Positions 43,002 to 53,091 of a stretch of DNA of 64,000 nt are shown here, one piece after another. Origin of the DNA: an uncultured delta proteobacterium (GTDB taxonomy: Bacteria > Myxococcota_A > Polyangia > Haliangiales > Haliangiaceae); NCBI GenBank assembly GCA_963743525.1, contig CAVUQH010000004.1, positions 480,001 through 544,000 of the forward strand. The letters are read 5' to 3'. The notes under the pieces are model-generated. The model saw nothing but the letters and a program-made list of their open reading frames with translations. It made no database searches and was not told the origin of the DNA. Each line of letters starts with the position of its first letter. Within the stretch, counting starts at the first letter, position 1. A program made the position numbers and the translations under genes.

Positions 43002-44111
43002 ATGCCGCCACTGAAGAATCACGAGCTCACCCCCGACCAGACCTTTCAGGAGATCCGCTACGAGCGCCGCCCGATCCTCGACCGCACCGGCAAGCCGGTG
43101 GAAGGGCTGACGCAGATCTGGATCTCGCTGGACAACGAGCCCCAGCTCAACTCGTACACCACCGCCGCGGTCAAGGAGGTGATCCTGGCCTTCCGCCGCG
43201 CCAGCACCGACCGCAGCGCGGTCAACGTGGTGTTCACCGCCGTCGGCGACAAGTCGTTCTGCACCGGCGGCAACACCGAGGAGTACGCGACCTACTACGC
43301 CAACCGGCCGCACGAGTACCTGCAGTACATGCGGCTGTTCAACGACATGGTCACGTCGATCCTCTTGTGCGACAAGCCGGTCATCTGCCGGGTCAACGGC
43401 ATGCGCATCGCCGGCGGCCAGGAGATCGGCATGGCCTGCGACTTCTCCGTCGCCGGCGACAACGCCCGCTTCGGCCAGGCCGGCCCGATCCACGGCAGCG
43501 CGCCGGACGGCGGCTCGACCGACTTCCTCGACGTCTACGTCGGCTTCGCCCGCGCCGCCGAATCGCTGGTCTTCTGCGACTCGTGGTCGGCGTACAAGGC
43601 GGCGCACATCGGCCTGATCAACGACGTGGTCCCGGCCTACCGCAACGCCGGCGGCGACTGGGTGCCCAACCCGATGGTCGTCACCGACCGCTACCTCGAC
43701 GGCGGGCAGGTGGTCTACGGCGAGTGGAAGAGCGGCGCCGAGCGCGACGCGGCCAAGAAGCAGCTGGCCGAGCTGACCGTGGACCTGTCGCGGCTCGACG
43801 ACAAGGTCAACGAGTATGCGACCAAGCTGCTCTACACCTTCCCCGACTGCACGCGGAAGACCATCGAGAGCATGCGCAAGAAGAAGCTGACCTGGTGGCA
43901 GCAGAACAGCGAGAGCAACCGCTCGTGGCTGTCGCTCAACATGAACACCGAGGCCGCTGCCGGCTTCCGCGCCTTCCACTACGGCGACCGCGGCGAGCGC
44001 GAGATCGACTTCATCGACCTGCGCCGGCGGATCGCCGAGGGGTCTCCGTTCGACGAGGCGCTGGTCAGCGACGTCCTGTCGCCGTCGGCCCGCGAGCGCT
44101 GGGGAGAGTGA
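43002..44111 (+). CDS. oah: 6-oxocyclohex-1-ene-1-carbonyl-CoA hydrolase
   Basis: NSYTT, FCTGGNT.EY, YMRLFNDMV, RVNGMRIAGGQEIGMACD, HGSAPDGGSTDFL. Confidence 0.93.
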   Translation: MPPLKNHELTPDQTFQEIRYERRPILDRTGKPVEGLTQIWISLDNEPQLNSYTTAAVKEVILAFRRASTDRSAVNVVFTAVGDKSFCTGGNTEEYATYYANRPHEYLQYMRLFNDMVTSILLCDKPVICRVNGMRIAGGQEIGMACDFSVAGDNARFGQAGPIHGSAPDGGSTDFLDVYVGFARAAESLVFCDSWSAYKAAHIGLINDVVPAYRNAGGDWVPNPMVVTDRYLDGGQVVYGEWKSGAERDAAKKQLAELTVDLSRLDDKVNEYATKLLYTFPDCTRKTIESMRKKKLTWWQQNSESNRSWLSLNMNTEAAAGFRAFHYGDRGEREIDFIDLRRRIAEGSPFDEALVSDVLSPSARERWGE

Positions 44112-44112
44112 C

Positions 44113-44897
44113 ATGGCGCCGGCGGTCACGGTCGAAACGGTAGAAGGCGGCGCGCTGCTGTCGATCGTCATCGACAATCCGCGCGGCAACATCCTGACCT
44201 CATCGGTCATGACCGAGCTCGACCAGGCCCTGGCCGCCCACGCCGACGACGCCGATCTCAAGCTGGTGACGATCGGCGCCGCCGGCCGCCACTTCTCCTT
44301 CGGCGCCTCGGTCGAAGAGCACCGCGCCGAGACCGCGCCGGCGATGCTGGCCACCTTCCACCGGCTGATCCGCAGCCTGGCCACCTATCCGGTGCCGACC
44401 GCGGCGCTGGTCTCCGGCCGCTGTCTGGGCGGCGCCTTCGAGCTGGCGCTGGCCTGCAACTTCGTCATCGCGACCGACGACGCGATCTTTGCCTGTCCCG
44501 AGATCCAGCTGGGTGTGTTCCCGCCCGTTCTCGCCGTGCTGGGACCAGCCCGGCTGGGTCCGCCCGCCGCCGAGCGTTTGCTCCTCACCGGCGGCGAGCT
44601 CGACGCCGCGTCCGCGCGTCACCTCGGATTCGTCACCGAGGTGACGCCGGCCGGCACCGATCTTCGCACGAAGCGGCGCAGGGCTGGTTCCGCAGCAAGC
44701 TGGCGCCGCTGTCGGCGTTTGCCTTGCGCCAGGGCCTGGCCGCGGTGCGCGACGGCGCCGGCACCGCGCGCCTGGTCGAGGACGCCCTGGCCGACGCCGA
44801 GCGCCGCTACGTCGACGAGCTGCTTCCCGCCCACGATCCCAACGAGGGAATCGAGGCGTTCCTGGCCAAGCGGCCGCCGGAGTGGAGGAATCGGTGA
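44113..44897 (+). CDS. dch: Cyclohexa-1,5-diene-1-carbonyl-CoA hydratase, one frameshift near 44668
   Basis: HFSFGASVEEH, CLGGAFEL, PEIQLGVF; continues in another frame as EAAQGWF...EGIEAFLAKRPPEWRNR to TGA 44897. Confidence 0.85.
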
Positions 44898-45457
44898 CGC
44901 AACCGCGCACACGGCTGCTCGCCGCCGCCGCCCGGGCATTCGCCCAGCGCGGGTTCCACGCCGTGTCGATGCGCGAGCTGGCGCGCGACACCGGCCGCTC
45001 GCTGGGCTCCTTCTACAACCACTTCGACTCCAAGGAAGAGCTGCTGTTCACCCTGCAGCGCGACGCCTTCGACGAGCTCCTGGCCGGCGCCGCCGGGGCT
45101 ATCGACGCCGCGACGACGGCGCCCGCGCGCCTGCACCAGTTCGTGCTCAACCACCTGCGCTACATCGCCAGCCACCCCGAGGTGATGCGCGTCCTCGTCC
45201 ACGAGGCGGGCGCGTTGGCGGGAACGCGGCGATCGGAGATTCGCACGCGCAAGGAAGCGTACTTCGACCTCGCCCGCGGCGTCGTCGCCGGGGTCGTGGA
45301 CGGAGCGGACCCGCCCGAGATCGAGCGGGTGACCTATTGCCTTTTCGGGATGCTCAACTGGACCTACGGCTGGTACACGCCCGAGCGCCACGGCCCACCC
45401 GAGGTGCTGGCGCGCACCATCTACCGCCTGGTCCTGGCCGGTGAGGAGATGCCGTGA
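44894..45457 (+). CDS. TetR/AcrR-family regulator embedded in the operon
   Basis: AARAFAQRGFHAVSMRELA..FYNHFDSKEELL; FGMLNW..WY. Confidence 0.92.
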   Translation: MTQPRTRLLAAAARAFAQRGFHAVSMRELARDTGRSLGSFYNHFDSKEELLFTLQRDAFDELLAGAAGAIDAATTAPARLHQFVLNHLRYIASHPEVMRVLVHEAGALAGTRRSEIRTRKEAYFDLARGVVAGVVDGADPPEIERVTYCLFGMLNWTYGWYTPERHGPPEVLARTIYRLVLAGEEMP

Positions 45458-46644
45458 ACGATACGCAAACCACCGATCCCGCCGCCGACGTGATCGCCCG
45501 CGCCCAGGCGCTGGTCGAAGACCTCGGTCTGGCTCACGTGCGACGCTGGAAAGAACAACATCCCGGCGCGCTGGTCGTCGGCCACCTGCCGATCTACGCC
45601 CCGCGCCCGCTGATCGAAGGCCTCGGCGCCCTGCCGGTGGCGATCTTCGGCGGCGGCGACCAGATCGACATCATCCGCGGCGACTCGTTCTTCCAGTCGT
45701 ATATCTGCCACATTCCGCGGAGCACCCTGGAGCTGGCGCTGACCGGCCGATTGGCCGCGCTCGACGCGGTGCTGTTCCCGTCGATCTGCGACGTCATCCG
45801 CAACCTGGGCGGCATGTGGAAGATGCTGTTCCCCGACGTCTACGCCGCTTACGTCGACCTGCCGCAAAACTTCGACCCCGCGCTGGGCGGCGCCTTCTAC
45901 GCCCGCGAGCTGAAGCGCATCACCGGCGAGCTGGTGGCGCGCGGCGCCGGGCCGGTTGACGAGGAGCGGATGCGCCAGGCGATCGCCGACGAGAACCAGC
46001 GCCGGCACACGCTCGACGAGCTCGACGCCCTGCGCCGGGCGGAGCCGTGGCGGGTGCGCGCCTCCGAGGCGTACCTGGTCGTCCGCGCCGGCACGCTGAT
46101 GACGGCGGCCGAGCACAACGCGATGCTGCGCGAGCTGATCGACGCGGCGGCGCAGCGCGAGGCCCGCTTCTACGACAACGTCCGCGTGGTCGTGCGCGGC
46201 TCGTTCTGCGAGCAGCCGCCGCTGGGCCTGATCCGCACCCTGGAGAAGTCCGGCTGCGACATCGTCGACGATGACTTCCAGCTGGGCCTGCGCACCATCG
46301 AAGGCGACATCGACGACACCGGCGATCCGATCGAGGCGATCGCGGCGTCGTACGTGATGCGCGGCTGCGCCACCGCGTCCCGCTACGTCGTCCACGGCGA
46401 ACAGAAAGGCGCGGCGCTGATCGAGCGAGTGCGCCAGGCCAACGCCGACGGCGTGGTCTTCGCCGCGGCCTCGTTCTGCGACCCGGCGCTGCTCGACCAG
46501 CCGATGCTCGAGGCGGCCCTCGACCGCGCCGAGATCCCGCACACCAGCCTCAAGTTCTCCGAAAACACCGGCCAGTTCCAGGTCATTCGCGAGCAAGCCG
46601 GCGCCTTCTCCGACGCCGTCAAGCTCTGGGGGAGCGCAGCATGA
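45454..46644 (+). CDS. bcrC: Benzoyl-CoA reductase subunit C
   Basis: GDSFFQSYIC, FPSICDVIRNL, GSFCEQPP, SFCDPALL, FQVIREQAGAFSD. Confidence 0.92.
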   Translation: MNDTQTTDPAADVIARAQALVEDLGLAHVRRWKEQHPGALVVGHLPIYAPRPLIEGLGALPVAIFGGGDQIDIIRGDSFFQSYICHIPRSTLELALTGRLAALDAVLFPSICDVIRNLGGMWKMLFPDVYAAYVDLPQNFDPALGGAFYARELKRITGELVARGAGPVDEERMRQAIADENQRRHTLDELDALRRAEPWRVRASEAYLVVRAGTLMTAAEHNAMLRELIDAAAQREARFYDNVRVVVRGSFCEQPPLGLIRTLEKSGCDIVDDDFQLGLRTIEGDIDDTGDPIEAIAASYVMRGCATASRYVVHGEQKGAALIERVRQANADGVVFAAASFCDPALLDQPMLEAALDRAEIPHTSLKFSENTGQFQVIREQAGAFSDAVKLWGSAA

Positions 46645-47951
46645 CGACCAGCACCACGCGCGGCCGCAGCATCACCGTCCAGCCGGCGGCCAAGGACGAG
46701 AGCCAGCTGACGCAGAAGCGGATGCTGGGAGAACACTTCGACCGCCTCGCCCGAGCCAAGGAAGAGGGCAAGAAGGTCGTCTACACCTTCGTTCCCGGTA
46801 ACCTGACCGAGCTGATCACCAGCCTGGGCATGCTGCCGGTGCTGCCCGAGATCAACGCCCTGCAGTCGGGCATGCGCAAGCTGTCGGGTGGCTACATCAC
46901 CGAGGCCGAGAAGGCCGGCCACTCCGAGGACGTCTGCACCTACGTCAAGTGCGATCTGGGCATGCTCAAGAGCGGCAACATCGGGCCGACCGGCACGGTG
47001 CTGCCCAAGCCGGACCTGCTGCTGCTGTCATACACCGGCTGTTTCACCTTCCTGAAGTGGTTCGAGCTGCTGCGCGAGGAGTACGGCTGCCCGGTGGTGA
47101 TGCTGCACGTGCCCTATCAGGAGGACGGCGTCATCACCGAGACCATGCGCCAGTACGTCGTCGATCAACTCGAGGAGGTGGTCATCCCGTCGCTCGAGGC
47201 GGTCGCTGGACGCAAGCTCGACCGCGGCGAGCTGTCGCGGCGACTGGCGCTGTCGCATCAGGCCGAGGACGACCTGGTATCGGTGTGGGAGTCGGCCAAG
47301 CAGACGCCGTCGCCGATCGACGGCTACTTCGGCGGCGTCTACTACATCGGGCCGATCTTCAGCGCCTTCCGCGGCAGCGAAGACGCGGTCACCTACTACC
47401 GGCAGTTGCGCACGGAGGTCGAGGCCCGCGCCGCCGCCGGCCTGGGCCCGATGACGCCCGACGGCCCGGCCAGCGAGGAGAAGTTCCGCCTGGTCGTCGA
47501 GGGCCCGCCCAACTGGACCAACTTCTTCGACTTCTGGCGCATGTTCTCGCGCGAGGGCGCGACCGTGGTCGCCAGCACCTACACCCGCGTCGGCGGCCTG
47601 TACGACACCGGCTTCCGCCACGACCCCGAGCGCCCGCTGGACAGCCTCGCCGAGTACTGCCTGGGTTGTTACACCAACCTCGGCCTGCCGTCGCGGACCC
47701 AGCTGCTCGAGCGTTACATCCGCGACTACAACGCCGACGGCTTCCTCATCAACAGCGTCAAGTCGTGCAACTCGTTCTCGGCCGGACAGCTGCTGATCCT
47801 TCGCGAGCTGGAGAAGCGCACCGGGGTGCCGGGCGGCTTCATCGAGTCGGACCTGGTCGACCCGCGCTACTTCGGCAAAGCCAACATCGAGAACCGCCTG
47901 CAGAGCTACTTGCAGATGCTTGCGGCCAAGAAAGAGCGAGGTCAGGCATGA
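46641..47951 (+). CDS. bcrB: Benzoyl-CoA reductase subunit B
   Basis: TFVPGN, PEINALQ, EDVCTYVK, SYTGCFTF.KWFE, SVKSCNSFSAG, ESDLVDPRYF. Confidence 0.93.
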   Translation: MTTSTTRGRSITVQPAAKDESQLTQKRMLGEHFDRLARAKEEGKKVVYTFVPGNLTELITSLGMLPVLPEINALQSGMRKLSGGYITEAEKAGHSEDVCTYVKCDLGMLKSGNIGPTGTVLPKPDLLLLSYTGCFTFLKWFELLREEYGCPVVMLHVPYQEDGVITETMRQYVVDQLEEVVIPSLEAVAGRKLDRGELSRRLALSHQAEDDLVSVWESAKQTPSPIDGYFGGVYYIGPIFSAFRGSEDAVTYYRQLRTEVEARAAAGLGPMTPDGPASEEKFRLVVEGPPNWTNFFDFWRMFSREGATVVASTYTRVGGLYDTGFRHDPERPLDSLAEYCLGCYTNLGLPSRTQLLERYIRDYNADGFLINSVKSCNSFSAGQLLILRELEKRTGVPGGFIESDLVDPRYFGKANIENRLQSYLQMLAAKKERGQA

Positions 47952-49285
47952 AGTGCGTCGTCGGCATCGATCTGGGCTCGACCACGACCAAGGCGGTGCT
48001 CCTCGATCTCGACGGGCACATCCTCGGCCGCGGCATCACCAACAGCCGCTCCAACTACGAGGTCGCGTGCGCGGTCGCCCGCGAAGAGGCGCTGACCGCG
48101 ACCCGCTTCACCACTCTCGAGCGCGAGCTGGCCAGGACCGGCGGCGCCAGCACCGAGGAGATCGAAGCCGCGTTCCGGCTGGAGCTCTACCTCGACCAGC
48201 TGACCGGGCTGCACGCCCAAATCGAGCGCGCCCTGGGCATGCTGACCTACGTTGGCCAGCGCGCGACGCTGGGTCCGGCAGCCGAGGCGGTGCTCGAGGC
48301 GATGCGCGCCGAGGCGCCGTCGCTGTTCGCCCTCGGTGGCGAGCGCAAGAGTGACTTCTTCCGCGACGTCGCCGGCGCTTCGTTCATGGCTGCGGCCGAG
48401 CGCGAGGCCGAGCAGCGCGGGGTTCCGTTCGAGCGGCTGTCCGGACTGTTCGACCGGGCGATCATCGACGTCGAGACCACGGCCCAGACCCGCAAATTCG
48501 GCGACCTGCTCCGACGCGCCGCCCTGCGCGTGGCCGGCTCGGGTGACGCCGCCTTCCTCGGCTCGGTCGATCTGGTCGCGGCCACGCCGATCGATGAGCT
48601 GTCGTTCGTCGGCACCGGCTACGGCCGGCAGACGCTGCCGTTCCCCAAACAGGCGGTGCGCAGCGAGATCCTCTGCCACGGCCGCGGCGCCCACCGCGTC
48701 TTCCCCGGCACCCGCACGGTGCTCGACATCGGCGGCCAGGACACCAAGGCGATCCAGGTCGACGACCACGGCGTGGTCACCTCGTTCCAGATGAACGACC
48801 GCTGCGCCGCCGGCTGTGGCCGCTACCTGGGCTACATCGCCGACGAGCTCGGCCTCGGCCTGCACGAGCTGGGGCCGCTGGCGCTGGGCGCCAAGCGGGT
48901 GGTCAAGGTCAACTCGACCTGCACGGTCTTTGCCGGCGCCGAGCTGCGCGAGCGGCTGTCGCTGGGCGAGCGCCGCGAGGACATCCTCGCCGGCCTGCAC
49001 CGGTCGATCATGCTGCGCGCCATGTCGCTGCTGGCGCGTTCTGGCGGCATTTCCGACCAGTTCTCCTTCACCGGCGGCGTGTGCAAGAACGCGATGGCGA
49101 CCAAGGTGCTGCGACAGCTGGTCGACGAGAACTACGGCGAAGAGATCACCCTCAACGCCCACCCCGACTCGATCTACATGGGCGCGCTGGGCGCGGCGCT
49201 GTTCGCGCTGGACGACGTCCGCGCCGGACGGCCGGCGATGCTGCCGACCTTTGCCACGGCAGCGACCCTGGGAGGTGCAGCATGA
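47948..49285 (+). CDS. bcrA: Benzoyl-CoA reductase subunit A (ASKHA ATPase)
   Basis: GIDLGSTTTKA, ITNSRSNY, GTGYGR, SEILCHG, DIGGQDTK, MNDRCAAGCGRYL. Confidence 0.93.
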   Translation: MKCVVGIDLGSTTTKAVLLDLDGHILGRGITNSRSNYEVACAVAREEALTATRFTTLERELARTGGASTEEIEAAFRLELYLDQLTGLHAQIERALGMLTYVGQRATLGPAAEAVLEAMRAEAPSLFALGGERKSDFFRDVAGASFMAAAEREAEQRGVPFERLSGLFDRAIIDVETTAQTRKFGDLLRRAALRVAGSGDAAFLGSVDLVAATPIDELSFVGTGYGRQTLPFPKQAVRSEILCHGRGAHRVFPGTRTVLDIGGQDTKAIQVDDHGVVTSFQMNDRCAAGCGRYLGYIADELGLGLHELGPLALGAKRVVKVNSTCTVFAGAELRERLSLGERREDILAGLHRSIMLRAMSLLARSGGISDQFSFTGGVCKNAMATKVLRQLVDENYGEEITLNAHPDSIYMGALGAALFALDDVRAGRPAMLPTFATAATLGGAA

Positions 49286-50169
49286 GCACGAGGACCCATC
49301 TGACCTGCGGCATCGACCCGGGCGCCAGCACCGCCAAGGTGGCGATCATGCGCAGCCGCGCCGGCGCCGACGCCGAGCTGTTGGCCACCGCCACCCAGAG
49401 GATCCGCCGCAGGGACATCCGCCAGGTGGTGCGCGCCACCTTCGAGGAGGCGTGTCAGAGCGCGGGCGTCGAACCCGAGCGCTTCGACTACGTCGCGTCA
49501 ACCGGCGACGCCGACAGCGTCGAGCACCGCACCGGCCACTTCTACAGCATGACCACCCATGCCCGCGGTGCGCTGTTCCTGGCGCCCGAAGCCCGGGCCG
49601 CCCTCGACATCGGCGCGCTCCACGCCCGCGCGCTGAAGATGGACGGCCGCGGCCGCGTGCTCGGCCACCGCATGACCAGCCAGTGCGCCAGCGGCAGCGG
49701 ACAGTTCCTGGAGAACATCGCCCGCTACCTGGGCGTGCCGCTGGAGGACGTGGGCGAGCTGTCGCAGACCGCCGACGCCCCGGCCAAGGTGTCCAGCGTC
49801 TGCGCGGTGCTGGCCGAGACCGACGTCATCAACATGGTGTCGCGCGACATCGGCACGGCCAACATCCTCAAGGGGATCCACCTGTCGATCGCCGGCCGAC
49901 TGGTCAAGCTGCTGCGCGCCGTCGGCGCCGAGGGCATCGTCGTGGTCACCGGCGGCCTGTCTCGCGACGCCGGCCTGATGGCCGCGGTCGAGGAAGTGGT
50001 CGCCGCCGAGAAGCAGAAGCGCCGCCACAACCACGCCGAGGTCACCCTGTTCACCCATCCCGACGGCATCCTCGCCGGTGCCATCGGCGCCGCCCTGCTC
50101 GGCGCCTATCGCTACGAGCAGCTGGCCCAGCGCGGCATCGACACCCCGATCATCAGCGCCCAGCTCTAG
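49282..50169 (+). CDS. bcrD: Benzoyl-CoA reductase subunit D (ASKHA ATPase)
   Basis: GHFYSMTTHARG, DIGALH, MTSQCASGSGQFLENIARYL, CAVLAETDVINMVSR. Confidence 0.93.
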   Translation: MSTRTHLTCGIDPGASTAKVAIMRSRAGADAELLATATQRIRRRDIRQVVRATFEEACQSAGVEPERFDYVASTGDADSVEHRTGHFYSMTTHARGALFLAPEARAALDIGALHARALKMDGRGRVLGHRMTSQCASGSGQFLENIARYLGVPLEDVGELSQTADAPAKVSSVCAVLAETDVINMVSRDIGTANILKGIHLSIAGRLVKLLRAVGAEGIVVVTGGLSRDAGLMAAVEEVVAAEKQKRRHNHAEVTLFTHPDGILAGAIGAALLGAYRYEQLAQRGIDTPIISAQL

Positions 50170-50178
50170 GAGAAAGCG

Positions 50179-50622
50179 ATGAAGCTCACCCACGCACTGC
50201 TCGGCGAGCACGCCGTGTTCTACGCCCTGTTCGACCACATCGAGCGCCGGCTCGCCGCGGGCGCCGACCTGGTCGCGCTGCAGGCGATTGGCGGCGCCCT
50301 TACCGAGGCGCTGGTCTCGCATGCCAAGCTCGAGGACGAGCTGCTGTTTCCCACGCTGGCGGGCACGCCGGCGGCCGAGGGCCCGGTTTCGGTCATGCAG
50401 GAGGAGCACGCCAACATCGACGAGCTGTGCGCCGACCTGCCCCGCGCCGGCGACGCCGCCGACGCTGGCGCCCTGCTGGGCGAGATCATCGAGATGTCGC
50501 GAGCACACTTCGCCAAGGAGGAGCACATGTTGTTTCCGCTGGTCGAGCAGCTCGCCGACGCCACCGAGCTGGAAGTCTTGAGCGAAAACTGGGCCCGTCT
50601 GCGCGGCGTGACTCTGGGCTGA
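50179..50622 (+). CDS. Hemerythrin-like (HHE) di-iron protein
   Basis: EH...HAKLEDELLFP...EEH...HFAKEEHMLFP. Confidence 0.85.
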   Translation: MKLTHALLGEHAVFYALFDHIERRLAAGADLVALQAIGGALTEALVSHAKLEDELLFPTLAGTPAAEGPVSVMQEEHANIDELCADLPRAGDAADAGALLGEIIEMSRAHFAKEEHMLFPLVEQLADATELEVLSENWARLRGVTLG

Positions 50623-50641
50623 CGAACGGAGAGGCAGAACG

Positions 50642-51124
50642 ATGGAACGCAACGATTTCCAGGCTCCCGGAACCCTCGAGACCGACAGCGTCGAAGTGCG
50701 CACGCTGTCGCCCGATGATCTGGAGTGGATGGTCCGGATCGACGCCGAGCACAGCGGCCGCAGCCGAACCCCGTACTACCAGCTCAAGCTGGCCGAGGCC
50801 CAGCGCGACACCGGCGTGCGCGTGTCGCTGGCGGCGCTGGTCAACGGCGAGCCGGCCGGCTTCCTGATGGCCCGCACCTACCACGGCGAGTTCGGCTTGC
50901 CCGAGCCGGTCGCCGTGCTCGACTCGATCGCGGTGTCGCACGCCACGTCGGGGCGCCACGTCGGCGAGGCGCTGCTCCGCCAGCTGGTGGTCAACCTGCG
51001 CGCCCTGGGGATCGACAAGATCCAGACCCAGGTCGAGTGGGATCAGATGGCGCTGATGGGCTTCTTCCAGCACGAAGGCTTCCGCCCCGCCGCGCGCCTG
51101 TGCCTCGAGCTGTCGCTCGACTGA
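50642..51124 (+). CDS. GNAT N-acetyltransferase at the end of the bcr operon
   Basis: GEFG, LDSIAV..GRHVG..LL, FF..EGF. Confidence 0.82.
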   Translation: MERNDFQAPGTLETDSVEVRTLSPDDLEWMVRIDAEHSGRSRTPYYQLKLAEAQRDTGVRVSLAALVNGEPAGFLMARTYHGEFGLPEPVAVLDSIAVSHATSGRHVGEALLRQLVVNLRALGIDKIQTQVEWDQMALMGFFQHEGFRPAARLCLELSLD

Positions 51125-51872
51125 TCCGCGCGGCCAGCTCGGCCCAGATCAGGGCGGCCAGCGCCCACCACAGGCAGATCCACAGCGGGACGCCGCCCAG
51201 CCAGCCCAGGTGGTAGCGGTGCAGCCCGGCGCGGATGTACAGCATCTCGATCAGCGGACCGACGACCAGGAGTGCGAGCCCGACGGCGAGCGCGCGGGCT
51301 GGCGGCCGCGCGGTGGCGACGTGGAGGAGCAGCGCGGCGGCAAAGGGGAGCCACGACCAGAGCGGATCGCTGGCGTGGACGTAGACGAGCTGCCGGGTCG
51401 CGACCACCAGCGCCAGAAGGAAGCCGACGCGCAGCGCGGGTGAGCGCACGCGCGTGCCCGGCAGGTGCAGCTCGTCTCCGGGTGGCGGCAGACCGAGCCG
51501 GCGCCAGGCGAAGACCGTGGCCATGGCGCGAAGGATCAGTCCCCAGTAGAGCAGCATCCACGCCGGGATCGTGGTCAGGTCGGGCCGGTAGACCGGGACC
51601 GTGTAGTCGTAGAGGCGGTGGCGGACAACGCTGTTCCAGTCGTTGAAGCCGCCGACGGCCGTGCACAGGAGGAAGAAGGCGAGCTCGAAGCCCACGCCGT
51701 GTCCGCGCTCGCCGGCCGGCAGGCGCGACCACAGGAGCATCCGCGCGGCCACCACCGCGGGCACCAGGATCGACATCAGCGTCAGCTCGCGCGCCGCCAG
51801 AACGATGCCGGCGCTCACGATGATCAGCGCGCCGACGTCGATCGCCACCGCGCGATCGCCGGTCCGCATCAC
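50991..51872 (-). CDS. Multi-TM protein with two DUF2878-like halves
   Basis: Y.Y..P...IPAWMLLYWG and Y.Y...GGVPLWICLWW; start overlaps the radical SAM stop; 3' end uncertain. Confidence 0.6.
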   Translation of the reverse strand: MMRTGDRAVAIDVGALIIVSAGIVLAARELTLMSILVPAVVAARMLLWSRLPAGERGHGVGFELAFFLLCTAVGGFNDWNSVVRHRLYDYTVPVYRPDLTTIPAWMLLYWGLILRAMATVFAWRRLGLPPPGDELHLPGTRVRSPALRVGFLLALVVATRQLVYVHASDPLWSWLPFAAALLLHVATARPPARALAVGLALLVVGPLIEMLYIRAGLHRYHLGWLGGVPLWICLWWALAALIWAELAARISRATARGTGARRGGSLRAGRSPSAPSDPTRPGSGSCRSPGRAG

Positions 51873-53091
51873 GACCTGCGCAAGAAACCGGCGACCTCGC
51901 GCAGGAGCGAGGCCGGATGGTGGAGCCCGTCGACGTAGGCGTCGGTCGAGTAGTTCTGCGCCCAGTTGCAGCTGGCGCCGCAGCGGCTCTGGAAGTCGGT
52001 CGGATCGATCTGCCGGGCGGCGTGCTCGTACAGGCTGTCGACGTCGTCGAAGTCGAGCACCGGAATCGCCCGCGGCTCGACCGCGACGCCGCCTTGCACG
52101 GCCACAGGAGCGTGCCGTCGTGGTCGATGTGCGGCTTGAGGGTGTTGCGGCAGTCGATCGGCTCGCCGCCGAGCAAGCGCCGATTCATGCGCAGCGATCC
52201 GACGATCGGCGCACCCGCGCGCTTGCGCGCCAGGATCTCGCCGGCGAGCGCGGCGTAGGCCGGATCGCGGTGCAGCGACGCGTCGACCGACGGTCCGACG
52301 TTGACCGGCACCGGGCAGAAGCCGATGCCCAGGTCGCACGCCAGGTCGAGGACGTCGCGGGCGTGATCGATGGAGCCCGGCTGAATGACGCAGTTGACCA
52401 TCAGGCGAAAGCGCATCGGCCCGGCCAGCCGGCGCAGGACCAGCAGGTTGCGCAGCACCTCGCGCGGCCGGCGGTAGCGCCACATGCGCGCCAGCATCTC
52501 CAGCTCGAGGCCGTCGAGGCTGACGATGACGATGTCGGTGTCGGCCAGCCAGCTCCGCCAGGCCGGATCGGCCAGCCGCCGGTTGACCACGCTGCCGTTG
52601 GTGTTGATGATGATCGGGTAGTAGGCCAGCTCGCGGGCGCGCCGGGCCAGCAGCGGCAGATCCTTGCGCATCGACGGCTCGCCGCCGGCGAAGTAGACCG
52701 ACGGCGTCCGCGTGCGCATCACCTCGAGCAGGCGCAGGCCGCCGCCGGTGTCCAGCGTGCCCGCCCTGGGCAGATCGGGATACTTGTTCCCGCGATGGTC
52801 GTCGCAGTAGCTGCAGGCGAAGTTGCACGCGCGGTGGGTGGTCCAGATGAAGTAGAGCGGCAGCAGATCATGGCGCCCGGCCCGCTCGCGGCGGAGATTG
52901 GTCGCGTAGTTGTGCACGGCGGTGGCGTAGGCGCGGGCGCGGCGCATGGCGAAGGCGGCCCGCGCCTCGGGCGGCGCCAGGTCGAGACCGGCGACCAGCG
53001 CCGCCGCCTCGGCGTCCAGCGCCGCCCAGTCCGGGTGACCGGGGCGCGGCCGGTAGCGGGAGAACGAAGCGACGATCGAGCGCTCAGGCAT
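51869..53091 (-). CDS. Radical SAM protein with C-terminal Cys cluster, one frameshift near 52090
   Basis: CNFACSYC, AGGEP, NTNG, VSLDG; continues as VAVEPRAIP...CGASCNWAQNY in ORF 51869..52828. Confidence 0.85.

Noticed and set aside
44660..44675. Frameshift in dch as programmed frameshifting or pathway inactivation
   Set aside because: No slippery sequence; similar isolated indels occur in the radical SAM, hemerythrin and rfbB genes, so assembly error is more likely. Read data are needed.
50991..51124. 134-bp convergent overlap of the GNAT and membrane-protein genes
   Set aside because: The tail is low-complexity read-through, probably incidental.
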